Shown piece by piece: positions 1 through 9,859 of a DNA stretch of 64,000 bases (positions are counted from its first letter, which is position 1; each line of letters starts with the position of its first letter). This DNA comes from a virus (Duplodnaviria > Caudoviricetes). The stretch spans positions 32,001 to 96,000 of IMG/VR virus record IMGVR_UViG_3300037455_000173. The stretch is one strand, 5' to 3'. The translations under genes and the position numbers were made by a program. Below the pieces are notes generated by a model. It ran no database searches. It saw nothing but the letters and a program-made list of their open reading frames with translations, and was not told where the DNA came from.

Positions 1-258
1 TGCACCTGTGGCATTAGTTGCATAGATTTCAATTGCAGGACCGATAATTGCGTCTGACTTGAGCTGTGTCATTGCATTATACATAGTTGCTCGGTCTTTC
101 AACGCAGTTGTAGATTGTTTAATCTGGTCTAAGTCAGTTAAAGCACCTGTTAATACACGATAATCAATATCATATACATCTTTCTTTTGCTTGACCTCAT
201 TGGCAGGTACTGCGTTATTGGCTACTACCTGCTTCTTTTTTCTATTAAAGAGTCCCAA
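1..258 (-). CDS. Portal protein, 5' part (continues beyond left edge)
   Basis: Not in ORF track. AGGAGGT RBS then TTG start at 258, open to window edge: MGLFNRKKKQ...ATMYNAMTQLKSDAIIGPAIEIYATNATGA, resembling T4 gp20-like portal N-terminal helices; immediately downstream of terminase. Confidence 0.65.
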   Translation of the reverse strand, partial: MGLFNRKKKQVVANNAVPANEVKQKKDVYDIDYRVLTGALTDLDQIKQSTTALKDRATMYNAMTQLKSDAIIGPAIEIYATNATGA

Positions 259-479
259 TATCGCCTACCTCCTTATTGTATAAATAACAATACCACAAAA
301 CTGCGTACACTGTGCGTTGGTTTCGTGGTGGTGCATAACTACATAATAGTAATTATACATACACAAAAGTAAACAAGCATGCTGTAGCGTGCTATTTAGT
401 TCGTATATCTTATAGTACACCGTTAAATCAAGATAAAGAAGCACATCAGAATACTGAAATCCTAATGTGCTTTTATACT

Positions 480-3400
480 TTATCTACCTGATTGTGTTAT
501 TCTTTCAAGGAATTCCCAATCGTCAGGTCCACGCTCGAAAGAATTTTTATCATATGGTTGTAGGCCACCGAATAGCTTGTTGGTTAGTGATGCAGGCATT
601 CGACTTTCTGGTTCATGCGAATACATTCTGAAATCATGGAGTACAGGTGCATAAGGCAGTAAGCTTAAATCCCATACAGCACCAGCTAGGCTATCGGAAA
701 TATCCTTACTATTGTGAACAAATACGCCACAAGCTAATGCGAAGTTGGGATTATCTTCTATTGTAAGGTCATATACACGACTAGGTTTATCGATAAATTC
801 TACAGAAACCACCTTATGGTTTCGATTAAAGGTTCTACCTCTTCTGTAACCCTCAGGAGGTTGCTCATAAGCCTTGATGTACAGGTTTTCTACACCATTT
901 GTCCACCAAACTCTTCCTGAAATCGCTTCGTGTGCTTTCTGGAACTTACCTTCCTTATGCCTTTCTGATAACGATTTAGAAGTACGCTGCAAGATAGTAG
1001 GGTCTTTACGTCTTGCAAGTTTATTACCCAACGCATTTTTCTCGTCTAATGTAAGAGTATTCCAATCTATATTAAACTCTTTTTCAATCTCCTTGATGTG
1101 TTCTTGTTTACGAACTACTTCAGGCTTATAATTGTCAGTCTTGGTTGCATAATAATTATACAATGACTGTCTCGTCTTCTCAGAACGCGCTTCATAAGCA
1201 GCGGTACCTCGATTATCTTCATGCCACTGTCTGATAGTGGCTGATAATTTTTTATAGTCTTTAGTATTTAGATTATGGATTCTGGTATGCTCACTCTGGG
1301 TAACTAATTGTAGATTAGTTGGTGTATTATCATGTTTCTTAAAGTTTTTATGATGTACTACCTTACCACAACCCGGTTCCCAACCAGGACAGAACGTGTG
1401 ATATTCCAATTCCCATGTTTCGTAAGCGGGTTGGTATAGACTGTGATATTCGGTATCTTTAAATTCATGATATAATGGCATTAATGAACTACCGGTAGAT
1501 AAAGTCTGAGCTTCTACATAAGTACCGTCTCTTAGCATAAATAGATGTTCAGGAGTGCAGGTAATACTTTCACCGTTATCTAGTGTAATTCTAACTAGGT
1601 GTTTAGTTATCTTGGTCTGATGTGCTTTCAGAATGCGTTTCGGTTCAATGCGAAGAGTATCCTCATTTACAGTATATACCCAGTTAGTTCTATACTCCTG
1701 TTCACGAACTAATTCTTCCATGGTAAGTACTCGACCGTCTGTAAGTTGTACTCTAGTGTCGCCAGTGAAACAACCATTAGCTGGGTGGTCCAGCTTACCT
1801 GTATGCGTATCATGCTGAAGATATATTAATTCATTTTCTAATCTAGCGTAATGAATTAGACTTATACGTTGCTCCATCATTGCATCACGTAGAGTTTTGT
1901 AGCCTTCTGGTGTACGGTCAAGTGAACGAATAGCAGTGGTAAATCCCTTATCACGCAATATCTGATGTGATTCAGCTGTCTGGAACGTATCAGTACTGAT
2001 TATAGCAATGTGAAATCCCATACTCCTAAGCCAGTAGATAAAACGTCTGTTCTTAGCTAAGCTTATCTCAGTACCAGGTGGTGCTTTGATACCTACCGAG
2101 AATACCTGCGCATATACACGTTTTTCAATAGTACCGTCGTCTGTATCAGCTAAGACGTTATCTACATAGCACGCACCAGATATACCTGTAATATCGTTCT
2201 TTAACGAAGTATCCAGGTGAATAGCCATTGGTCGTGAGAAATACTCTTTAGGTACCTTTTCTAGGTCAAAAAATTCTTGGTATTCCATATGGTCATTGCA
2301 ACCTATTTCAAGTACCTCAGCTGAGAAGGGATTTGGTCGTTCTGTATAACAAGAGCTAATAATTTTATAGCTAAAGTAACTGGTTGTACCTGGTAATGCT
2401 TTACCAGCAAGGTCCTGTAGAGCAGTTATGATATTAAATCGGAAATCTGACTCCATTTCGACGGGAACATCAAGTATCTCATAACCGAGTACCTTCAGAG
2501 CTTCAATATCCTCGCCTTCCTCAACAACTCTAGGAGTTAGCTGTTTTGCGCCGTAAGCTACTTTGAACATTTTACCAGAATATGTATCTGATGGTTTTAC
2601 AACCCACAACGGTTCATCTACGATAAACAGTTTATCCGCGTCTTTTTCTTTTCTACGTTTATCTAGATACACCTCAAGAAAGTCATCTTCTGCCTTCTTA
2701 GACGAAACCAAGAACATCTTACCGAGGAGTTTTCCATTTCGAATAAAACGTGATTTAATTCTGGCTTTAACTGAAGAATAAGTCTGCATAATCTTAGACT
2801 TTTCCATAGTTGTATTAGAACCAGGTGCGAAGTTAACCTCATCGAGGAATCCACAGAATATTTGCTGACCTAAACCGTGACTTGCTTTAGAACCGGCTTT
2901 AATAGCAATATGCTTACTAGGTACATAATAAGGATTAGACGCTGAACCCGCAACTGTTCCATGAGCCAGGAACCAAGGCGATTCCATCAGACACGCATGA
3001 AGTCTACCGTATCCAACACTTTGAGCAAGTGCAACAGTAGCATTGAAGAAAAATATCGCAATTTCATCTGTGTCTGCAAATCCAAAATATCGCTGAGGAA
3101 ACCGTAGACAGAGTAGACGATAGGTCAGATATGCGATTGCGTAAACCGCGATGGCAGTCTTGCCAATTCCAATTGCACCTGTAAAAGCAATTTCTTCATA
3201 TTCTGTATCACCGCCTGCAAATATCTTTCTTAATTGTTCTCTCCAAAATGGGTATATCTGATTTCCTAGATTAGTGGCTTTACCTAGATATTCAGGGTCT
3301 TCTAGGAAAGTATCGATATCTACAGGTATTTCCTCATAATCCTCTAACCATACTTTTTCATAGGTTTCGCTTTCACCTGTTTCGGACAATTCTTGAAGAA

Positions 3401-3494
3401 TTTGTCTCATTACTTCCTGTTCTCTATCCGTCAATGAATTATAGATACTTTGGAATCGTTCAGGTGACAGCATAACCAGATTGGCAGCGGTCAT
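480..3494 (-). CDS. terL: Large terminase subunit containing an intein
   Basis: Walker A (TGAIGIGKT), Walker B (GFLDE), RNase H-like nuclease domain (HLDTS...DTFQ...DHPANG/SKDISD); intein in nuclease domain. Confidence 0.92.
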   Translation of the reverse strand: MTAANLVMLSPERFQSIYNSLTDREQEVMRQILQELSETGESETYEKVWLEDYEEIPVDIDTFLEDPEYLGKATNLGNQIYPFWREQLRKIFAGGDTEYEEIAFTGAIGIGKTAIAVYAIAYLTYRLLCLRFPQRYFGFADTDEIAIFFFNATVALAQSVGYGRLHACLMESPWFLAHGTVAGSASNPYYVPSKHIAIKAGSKASHGLGQQIFCGFLDEVNFAPGSNTTMEKSKIMQTYSSVKARIKSRFIRNGKLLGKMFLVSSKKAEDDFLEVYLDKRRKEKDADKLFIVDEPLWVVKPSDTYSGKMFKVAYGAKQLTPRVVEEGEDIEALKVLGYEILDVPVEMESDFRFNIITALQDLAGKALPGTTSYFSYKIISSCYTERPNPFSAEVLEIGCNDHMEYQEFFDLEKVPKEYFSRPMAIHLDTSLKNDITGISGACYVDNVLADTDDGTIEKRVYAQVFSVGIKAPPGTEISLAKNRRFIYWLRSMGFHIAIISTDTFQTAESHQILRDKGFTTAIRSLDRTPEGYKTLRDAMMEQRISLIHYARLENELIYLQHDTHTGKLDHPANGCFTGDTRVQLTDGRVLTMEELVREQEYRTNWVYTVNEDTLRIEPKRILKAHQTKITKHLVRITLDNGESITCTPEHLFMLRDGTYVEAQTLSTGSSLMPLYHEFKDTEYHSLYQPAYETWELEYHTFCPGWEPGCGKVVHHKNFKKHDNTPTNLQLVTQSEHTRIHNLNTKDYKKLSATIRQWHEDNRGTAAYEARSEKTRQSLYNYYATKTDNYKPEVVRKQEHIKEIEKEFNIDWNTLTLDEKNALGNKLARRKDPTILQRTSKSLSERHKEGKFQKAHEAISGRVWWTNGVENLYIKAYEQPPEGYRRGRTFNRNHKVVSVEFIDKPSRVYDLTIEDNPNFALACGVFVHNSKDISDSLAGAVWDLSLLPYAPVLHDFRMYSHEPESRMPASLTNKLFGGLQPYDKNSFERGPDDWEFLERITQSGR
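711..1772 (-). mobile_element. Intein (354 aa) with HNH homing endonuclease
   Basis: Begins CFTGDTRV, block B ITCTPEHLF, ends VYDLTIEDNPNFALACGVFVHN before Ser+1; internal HNH VHHKNFKKHDNTPTNL..H. Confidence 0.93.
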
Positions 3495-3500
3495 CTATGC

Positions 3501-3695
3501 TCACCCTTTCTTTTTCTTTGCTAACTGCATCGTTTCTCTATCTAACCTCACTTCAGGCATCTTAACACCTCTCGTGATAGTAATGAATAAGGAGGACTCA
3601 TCATCTGGGTCCTCCTTTACATCTACAGTAAGCACATCCTGATAAAGAGAACGAGCAGCTTTTTCAGCCTCCCTACGCTCTTTCTTTGAAATCAT
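3501..3695 (-). CDS. Hypothetical protein
   Basis: Coupled ORF upstream of terL. Confidence 0.6.
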   Translation of the reverse strand: MISKKERREAEKAARSLYQDVLTVDVKEDPDDESSLFITITRGVKMPEVRLDRETMQLAKKKKG

Positions 3696-3970
3696 TTTGT
3701 TTCTACCTCAGGATTCAGGTAAGCATTAATATCAGCACCTATTGCATACAGGTCAGCTACCCAATCAAGTAACTGCTTTGTATTGTCCTGAGATTCACCG
3801 GAAGTTTCACTTACAGGTGTCTCTAGTCTAGCCTCAACCGATGCAGCAAGCTGCTGTGCTTGGTCAGTTAGATTTTGAGAAATAGTCAGAAGTAGTTCAC
3901 GGTCTACACCGATAGAACTATTCAGCTTAGTATTGGTTGTTTTCTGGGTTTTCGGATTGTAACGTACCAT
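3692..3970 (-). CDS. Hypothetical protein (LNSS motif)
   Basis: Start reassigned to MVRYNPK behind AGGAGGT. Confidence 0.65.
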   Translation of the reverse strand: MVRYNPKTQKTTNTKLNSSIGVDRELLLTISQNLTDQAQQLAASVEARLETPVSETSGESQDNTKQLLDWVADLYAIGADINAYLNPEVETK

Positions 3971-4253
3971 TATTAACGACCTCCTGTTCGATTTTAGGTT
4001 GACTCTGCTCAACAGTGTCTTCCTTTATGTTTTCGATGTATTGATGCATGAAATTTTCCAGAGGTTCACATAATTTCTTATTACCTCTGAATGCATGATA
4101 CAAGTCTTCTAACTTATATATTATATTCTCGCCTGCAGCTAACGCTTTAAGACACTGACCAATCTGTATAGCTTGTGTCTGTGTAATTAACGACTGGTTA
4201 CAGGAGAAAATTCGGTACAGTTCATTGTACCAATCCTTTTGTGCGTAATTCAT
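3927..4253 (-). CDS. Hypothetical protein
   Basis: GGAGGTGG RBS, operon context. Confidence 0.6.
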   Translation of the reverse strand: MNYAQKDWYNELYRIFSCNQSLITQTQAIQIGQCLKALAAGENIIYKLEDLYHAFRGNKKLCEPLENFMHQYIENIKEDTVEQSQPKIEQEVVNNGTLQSENPENNQY

Positions 4254-4548
4254 CTAACCACCTCCGTCTTAATACTTCTGGAGTCATTCCATCTGTGATT
4301 TCTTGTATAGCAAAATGATTAGACCACAGGACTTTTCGTGGATATGCTTTACAACAACCCCAGTAGCTCATTAGCTGTTTCAAAGCAGTATATGACATAT
4401 GTCTATAATATACCTTATCCTTATACACCCACTCTTCTTCAGGTGAATCTACGGTTACAATCAACTTATCGACGTAATCGAAATATTCATCTAGAACGTT
4501 GGTCGGCAATTGTCCTATCCAGTTTATCGTGGATATTCCTATAATCAT
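4222..4548 (-). CDS. Hypothetical protein
   Basis: Overlapping operon ORF with GGAGG RBS. Confidence 0.6.
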   Translation of the reverse strand: MIIGISTINWIGQLPTNVLDEYFDYVDKLIVTVDSPEEEWVYKDKVYYRHMSYTALKQLMSYWGCCKAYPRKVLWSNHFAIQEITDGMTPEVLRRRWLDELRTKGLVQ

Positions 4549-4628
4549 CTTTAGACCCTCCTTCAGGACGTGTGCTCAGATATTTAGTACATTCGGTGAT
4601 GTAATCTTCTGAAGCATCTACTCTAGTC

Positions 4629-4985
4629 CTACTCAGTTGTAGGAGGGTTCTCAGAAGCGCATAGTCTGTCGACAATTCTGTCTACCTCCTTTAATTGTAA
4701 AGAACCGAGTACCGATTTGGTAGCGTCAGCCCTTGACATTGTTCTCATCTTGATAACAATTTCTTTTGCTGCGAACACAGCAAGTAACTCAAATAACGAC
4801 GGGAATTTTACTGGTTGATTTGGGAATACAGCACAAAGATGTGTGAATCCTTGTACACCAACACAAGCAATTACCGGTGCCCAAGCAGACACATCAAGTT
4901 TATATTCTTCTGGTAGCGAACCTAATATTTCTATCAGGTCGTCTGCGCTCCAGTCTTCTGTGAATCTGTCGAGGTATTGGTACAT
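4629..4985 (-). CDS. Hypothetical protein, weak Mor-like transcription activator similarity
   Basis: VGVQGFTHLCAVFPNQPVKFPS resembles the Mor-family signature. Confidence 0.45.
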   Translation of the reverse strand: MYQYLDRFTEDWSADDLIEILGSLPEEYKLDVSAWAPVIACVGVQGFTHLCAVFPNQPVKFPSLFELLAVFAAKEIVIKMRTMSRADATKSVLGSLQLKEVDRIVDRLCASENPPTTE

Positions 4986-5506
4986 AGCTTTGCGAACTCC
5001 TTTGCAGCATCACGAATATGCTGACGCTCTTTAGACGATAGGTCAGTCTGCTGAGAGTCTTCAATCGTGTCAAATATAATAGCATCCTGAACATCGGTTG
5101 GTACATCGATGTTCTTGGTTGCTTGTTGAAGTGAAATAAGCAACTGAGTATACATCGGTATATACTGAGCGTCATGGTCAACATCTGATTGCATAAGAGC
5201 ATCTATTGCGTATTCTAGCTTATTGGTAAGTTTATCGGTAATCCTATTATAACGGAGCAGACGTAATTCCTTGTTTCGTTCTTTAAGCTGTTGGATTAGC
5301 TTCAACCTTGTACCAGGTTGAATAGCTCTTATAGCTTCTGTATCACTTATTAACAGATGGTATATGAGTTGATTGTTTCTTTCCACCCAAGCTTGTAGAC
5401 CTTGATACGATTCATCTGATTTGGGCAATTCAATCGGTTGACCAGTTCCATAGTTAAAGACGTCAGTATAATTCTTTACGGTTGCTTCATATTTAGGATT
5501 ATTCAT
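4934..5506 (-). CDS. Helical hypothetical protein
   Basis: 190-aa ORF in terminase operon; small terminase possible but unsupported. Confidence 0.6.
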   Translation of the reverse strand: MNNPKYEATVKNYTDVFNYGTGQPIELPKSDESYQGLQAWVERNNQLIYHLLISDTEAIRAIQPGTRLKLIQQLKERNKELRLLRYNRITDKLTNKLEYAIDALMQSDVDHDAQYIPMYTQLLISLQQATKNIDVPTDVQDAIIFDTIEDSQQTDLSSKERQHIRDAAKEFAKLCTNTSTDSQKTGAQTT

Positions 5507-5981
5507 CTACATCACCTGTATTACCATTATCGGTAGATGGTTCTGTATAAGAACCAGTTTCAATGTCGAAACCTACTCTTTTTCCTGATATTTCAGGATT
5601 AGTAAATTCTACATGACCTAGGCTATGAAGGATATCTTCAAGACGTTGAGCCGTCTCCTTAGATACCTTGTCTTCGAATTCGAAAACAACGGACTGGTCT
5701 TGATTTATGAATACTCGAGTCATCTTGGGTATATCACCGTGGATTCGCACATTATAGTATAAAGTGCGAAGCATAGTAGCATCAAAATAAGACGGATATA
5801 ATGCCTGGTGTACAGGAATAGACTCATGGAAATTAAAGTTAAGGCTAGAGTTTAATTTCGGAGCCTTACAATCAAGTCTTTTTATCTCATTCTGAGCTTT
5901 CTGACTAAAGAGCTTCATAAATTCGTTAGGGTTTACTCGATTCTGCCTTGCACAATCAAATCTGAGAATAGTACCGAACAT
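5499..5981 (-). CDS. Hypothetical protein (LNSS motif)
   Basis: AGGAGG RBS, operon context. Confidence 0.65.
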   Translation of the reverse strand: MFGTILRFDCARQNRVNPNEFMKLFSQKAQNEIKRLDCKAPKLNSSLNFNFHESIPVHQALYPSYFDATMLRTLYYNVRIHGDIPKMTRVFINQDQSVVFEFEDKVSKETAQRLEDILHSLGHVEFTNPEISGKRVGFDIETGSYTEPSTDNGNTGDVDE

Positions 5982-5984
5982 ATA

Positions 5985-6635
5985 TTAGTCCTCCTTTCGG
6001 TTAGTCTGAGCATCTAAGATACTCCGTATATTCATTGGTACAATTAACCAAGAAAAATCCAATGCAGTATTCTTAGCTAAATCTACTTCCATTATGTCAC
6101 CACCGAAATTCTTAATCGGAGGTGGATATTGCCTTAGTAATTCAGGCGTTTTATTCTCATCGAATAACACGACTACATGAGTATGTCTTTCCATACAGCC
6201 ACGAATTCGACAATTACCAGTCAATACAGTAGAATTAGACTGAACTTTGTGTTTCTTTATACACCACCGCACAGTAGTATAGCCTAATGCTAAAGCAGCT
6301 TCAAGGTACTTATAGGTTTCATCATTGATAATAGGATTAAGCTTAAATCTGATATCAAAACCCCATTGTCTTAATCCCTTTAGAATCTCTTCTGTAGTTA
6401 GAAACGCATCATCGTCGTAATCAACGATAGTTCCAGAAGCAGCTGTAAATGCAGCAAAGACTACACCGAAAGCGGGGTGTACTACTTGTATTCTACCGCC
6501 TTCTAGCACATGAGAATTAACGAATTGGGTATAGACAATTTTCAATGACTTATCTATATTACTAACGCAATTGGTAGCTTGTCTCCAACTGTCTATAGCA
6601 TAATATTTAGGTCTGAATTCGTCCATTCTTATCAC
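5985..6635 (-). CDS. Hypothetical protein
   Basis: 216-aa coupled ORF. Confidence 0.65.
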   Translation of the reverse strand: MIRMDEFRPKYYAIDSWRQATNCVSNIDKSLKIVYTQFVNSHVLEGGRIQVVHPAFGVVFAAFTAASGTIVDYDDDAFLTTEEILKGLRQWGFDIRFKLNPIINDETYKYLEAALALGYTTVRWCIKKHKVQSNSTVLTGNCRIRGCMERHTHVVVLFDENKTPELLRQYPPPIKNFGGDIMEVDLAKNTALDFSWLIVPMNIRSILDAQTNRKED

Positions 6636-6901
6636 CCCTTAGGTGCATATGAGCCGTCAGCTTGTAGACAATGGAAACCACCCGTGGTTTGAATTGGGAC
6701 TCCCATCCAGGTACCTTCCTTATCGTCCCAGAATACTAAGATAGTGCCAGCATTCGATAATACAGTAAAGGCAGTACCTAGCTTACGAAACTTCTTATAA
6801 TCAGGGCACGTCTTTAATATATTCTCTACCTCAACTTCTGACTTACCAGCAAGGTCTTTTGTATTTATCGTGTTATCAGAATTAAGCTGAACATTTATCA
6901 T
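6632..6901 (-). CDS. Hypothetical protein
   Basis: GAGGAG RBS, ATGA overlap. Confidence 0.6.
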   Translation of the reverse strand: MINVQLNSDNTINTKDLAGKSEVEVENILKTCPDYKKFRKLGTAFTVLSNAGTILVFWDDKEGTWMGVPIQTTGGFHCLQADGSYAPKG

Positions 6902-7317
6902 GGATTATTCTCCTCCTCTGGTAATATAGTAGGTAATGAAAACTCGGTCTTAGGAGTTACGAATGTCAGGGAATTAAAGTCCTTTAAGAGTAAACTTCTA
7001 ATTCTACCTGCTGGTATTGACTCAAGATACCAACCGTTGATTGCGGGATTATCGTCTACAGAATACCAACCCTTACAAACTCTCCAGCGCTGAATTGACT
7101 GATTATCTAGATATATTTCATCACCTACAGTAAGTGACTGGTCTAAATCAGGTACATACAGAAAATCACGGTCGGTTATTAAAGTTACGGTATTGCCTGG
7201 GTAGGTATTACCTTCACTATCATTAACCTGAGTGACTACGGTATTATCAATTACGATTGCGCTCATGTCTATCTGGGTTTTGGTATCATCAACGATACCA
7301 TATAGAACATTCTTCAT
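6898..7317 (-). CDS. Hypothetical (possibly structural) protein
   Basis: AGGAGG RBS, beta-rich sequence. Confidence 0.65.
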   Translation of the reverse strand: MKNVLYGIVDDTKTQIDMSAIVIDNTVVTQVNDSEGNTYPGNTVTLITDRDFLYVPDLDQSLTVGDEIYLDNQSIQRWRVCKGWYSVDDNPAINGWYLESIPAGRIRSLLLKDFNSLTFVTPKTEFSLPTILPEEENNP

Positions 7318-7337
7318 AGTATCCTCCTTTCAAAATA

Positions 7338-7589
7338 TTAACCTAAATCAGGCTGTCTGAAAGGACTAGGTAATGTACCAGAATTTAGTGATATCTGATT
7401 TTGAATTAAGCCAGGCGGTACACCACAGCCTGTAGCAATTTTATTCCTAATCTCATTCTGGTCTTTGAGATATTGATAAGCTTTAAGCTCATTGACAGCA
7501 TGCTCTAGGTCTTCTCTAGATACAATAGCAAACTCATCTTGACTTGCCTTAGCTTCTAAAGAAGCGATTAGCTGATTAAGACTTTTCAT
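7338..7589 (-). CDS. Hypothetical protein
   Basis: AAAGGT RBS. Confidence 0.6.
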   Translation of the reverse strand: MKSLNQLIASLEAKASQDEFAIVSREDLEHAVNELKAYQYLKDQNEIRNKIATGCGVPPGLIQNQISLNSGTLPSPFRQPDLG

Positions 7590-7685
7590 CTGTACACACC
7601 TTTCTATGCTTTCTATAATTAGATTATACAGAAATATGCATATGACATCGAAGTTTTACTATTTATTCTAGTATATTGACTTATA

Positions 7686-8888
7686 TCAATTATAAGTAAT
7701 GCCGGTTAAATTAGGGTACTCAGCAATGATAGCATTTCGTTGAGTTTCACCGGACACCCAGATAGTACAATCGTTAGGTATCCCTGTAAATACATCGTCT
7801 TGCTCTATTAGTGGAATGTTACCAGTACCTACCTTAGTGAAGTCTATACTGGTTACATCGATTTCTTGTAAACTGGTGCAATTCTTGAATAAACCTTCAA
7901 TATTGGTTACCTGATTAAAACAGCACGCACTTAAATCTAAAGTTTCTAATGCAGTATCTCCTGCGAACATATAGCTTATATCGGTTGCATTATGTGTATC
8001 CATTAACTGTAAACCAACAATATTCTGTAGCAGCACGTTAGCTGCTAACGCATAACTAAAGGTAGTTACATTACCAGTGTAAATATGTGTTAAATTAAGA
8101 ACCGTAGCTTGCTGTTGATAAAACATATGAACTGCGGTGGTAAAATCAGAAGCGTCAGTTTTAGTCCGTAATTCACATTCCTTGTACCATGTATCAGCTG
8201 GTACCGCTTGTACAGATGTTATGTCAGCATAGTAGGTAGTTATAGGTGTTACACCTGCTGCACTATCATAACCAACTATACAATATGGTTGGGTTAATTG
8301 TCCATTATAATTATCTTCTAATTTTAATAATCTAGGTAAGATATCACCTGTCATTATTCCGGCTTTACCTAGAGTAGCTGCTGGTATATTACTTGCTAAC
8401 GGTGTATTCTGTCCGGTGACGGGATTTACAGAAGTTAGATAAGAAGTTAGCTGCTCATAACTTGCACCATAACCTAGTCCAACGCTAAATAATCGGTTAA
8501 GCGGTATAGCTAAATCTAATTTATTAAGTAACCTATATCTGATTCTGAAATCAACTGCAGGCACACTATTAGCATATAGATATAACTTACCGTCTGCAGT
8601 TTCAACTGCCTTAATAGTTCTAAATGCAGAATATTGAGCTTGTTTATCGGCTTGTGTAGCATTATATGAATATACCAGCTGTATCACTGGTACAGTTTCT
8701 GTATTAATATCATAATAGGTAGTTTCCCAACGATACTGCGTACCAGAGATAGACCAGTCTGTTCTATTTACATTAACATATACTAAACCACTGCTTTGGT
8801 GATATGATGGATAGACATTAATAAAGTCATCTGAATTGGCAAACACTAACTCTACTGATTGAGATATCTGGCTTACTGTAAAATACAT
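7686..8888 (-). CDS. BspA/DUF285-like leucine-rich-repeat protein
   Basis: C-terminal repeats ATDISYMFAGDTALETLDLS / VTNIEGLFKNCTSLQEIDVT; start reassigned to MYFT behind AGGAGGT. Confidence 0.7.
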   Translation of the reverse strand: MYFTVSQISQSVELVFANSDDFINVYPSYHQSSGLVYVNVNRTDWSISGTQYRWETTYYDINTETVPVIQLVYSYNATQADKQAQYSAFRTIKAVETADGKLYLYANSVPAVDFRIRYRLLNKLDLAIPLNRLFSVGLGYGASYEQLTSYLTSVNPVTGQNTPLASNIPAATLGKAGIMTGDILPRLLKLEDNYNGQLTQPYCIVGYDSAAGVTPITTYYADITSVQAVPADTWYKECELRTKTDASDFTTAVHMFYQQQATVLNLTHIYTGNVTTFSYALAANVLLQNIVGLQLMDTHNATDISYMFAGDTALETLDLSACCFNQVTNIEGLFKNCTSLQEIDVTSIDFTKVGTGNIPLIEQDDVFTGIPNDCTIWVSGETQRNAIIAEYPNLTGITYN

Positions 8889-8985
8889 ATCTATGTACCT
8901 CCTATGTAATTGCTTAAATGCAGGCAACTGCGGTGTATATACTATTATACGATTTCACAGCATGTAAGCAATTCATGGTATAGAA

Positions 8986-9012
8986 AGAGGGCGATTAAGG
9001 TAATCGCCCTCT
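8986..9012. terminator. Hairpin, probable intrinsic terminator
   Basis: AGAGGGCGATTA-agg-TAATCGCCCTCT inverted repeat downstream of the acidic-protein operon. Confidence 0.55.
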
Positions 9013-9068
9013 AATCTAACTTAAAGAATCTTTTTAGAATTTCTCTTTTAGCCGGAGTAACCAGATGA

Positions 9069-9500
9069 TTACTGGAAGAAGTCACCGGAATCTTCTGAAC
9101 CTGTGGTTTCACCCATTCTGTTGTCTCCTGATTCGGAGTCTGGTTCCCCTCCGGCGGATTCGTCAGATTCGTCTGGGATTTCTGGGATTTCTTCGGCTCC
9201 TTCTTCGGCTCCTTCTTCGGTCGACTCTTCGAATGACTCATCTTCACTCACCTCTGGTTTTTGTGGTGTAATGTTCAATGACGCAAGCTGGATAAAATCT
9301 TCTGGATAGGATTCAGAGTCACTTATCTGAACCTTTTTGGTTTTAGGATTATACAGCAGAACTGCTTTTCGTAAATCTAAAGAGCTACCGTCCTCTAGAG
9401 TAATGATTGAACCGACATCCTGCATAAACTGCTCATCGACGTCGTTCTCGAACTGACTGGGACTAACCTCAGCAGCAGAATTTAGCTTAAACTTTCTCAA
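9069..9500 (-). CDS. Acidic hypothetical protein (probable virion protein)
   Basis: TTG start behind AGGAGGTG; KLNSA motif; D/E-rich tail. Confidence 0.65.
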   Translation of the reverse strand: MRKFKLNSAAEVSPSQFENDVDEQFMQDVGSIITLEDGSSLDLRKAVLLYNPKTKKVQISDSESYPEDFIQLASLNITPQKPEVSEDESFEESTEEGAEEGAEEIPEIPDESDESAGGEPDSESGDNRMGETTGSEDSGDFFQ

Positions 9501-9502
9501 AA

Positions 9503-9859
9503 TCAGTCACCTCCTAGGTCACGAAGACCTGAATAATGATTAAGTCTGTAGGTAAGAGAAGCAGTTAATCGTTGACATTGATACCTACGATTATTTCTTA
9601 TCTTCCTCCAGAAATATTTACCTTTAGAACCCGCATTATACAAACCCTTGGCAATATTCATGGGAACATCAAAGTAGGTATATACGGAACCGTCTTTAAA
9701 CCTAATCCAAAGTTGCTGTTTGTCTACCTTATATACCATACCGTCTATATTAGACGACTGAAAGTCGGTATACATTTTTTCCTTTTCACGCTCAGCACCA
9801 GGATGATTCTTGGTAAATGGATTAGCTTGAGAATTAATCTTGCAATTTAGTCTTAGCAC
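9503..9859 (-). CDS. KTSC domain protein
   Basis: SSNI..Y...L.I.FKDGSVYTYFDVP......L.NAGSKGKYF..IR. Confidence 0.88.
   Translation of the reverse strand: MLRLNCKINSQANPFTKNHPGAEREKEKMYTDFQSSNIDGMVYKVDKQQLWIRFKDGSVYTYFDVPMNIAKGLYNAGSKGKYFWRKIRNNRRYQCQRLTASLTYRLNHYSGLRDLGGD

Noticed and set aside
7686-8888. Diversity-generating retroelement target
   Set aside because: No reverse transcriptase or template/variable repeat pair seen in this window
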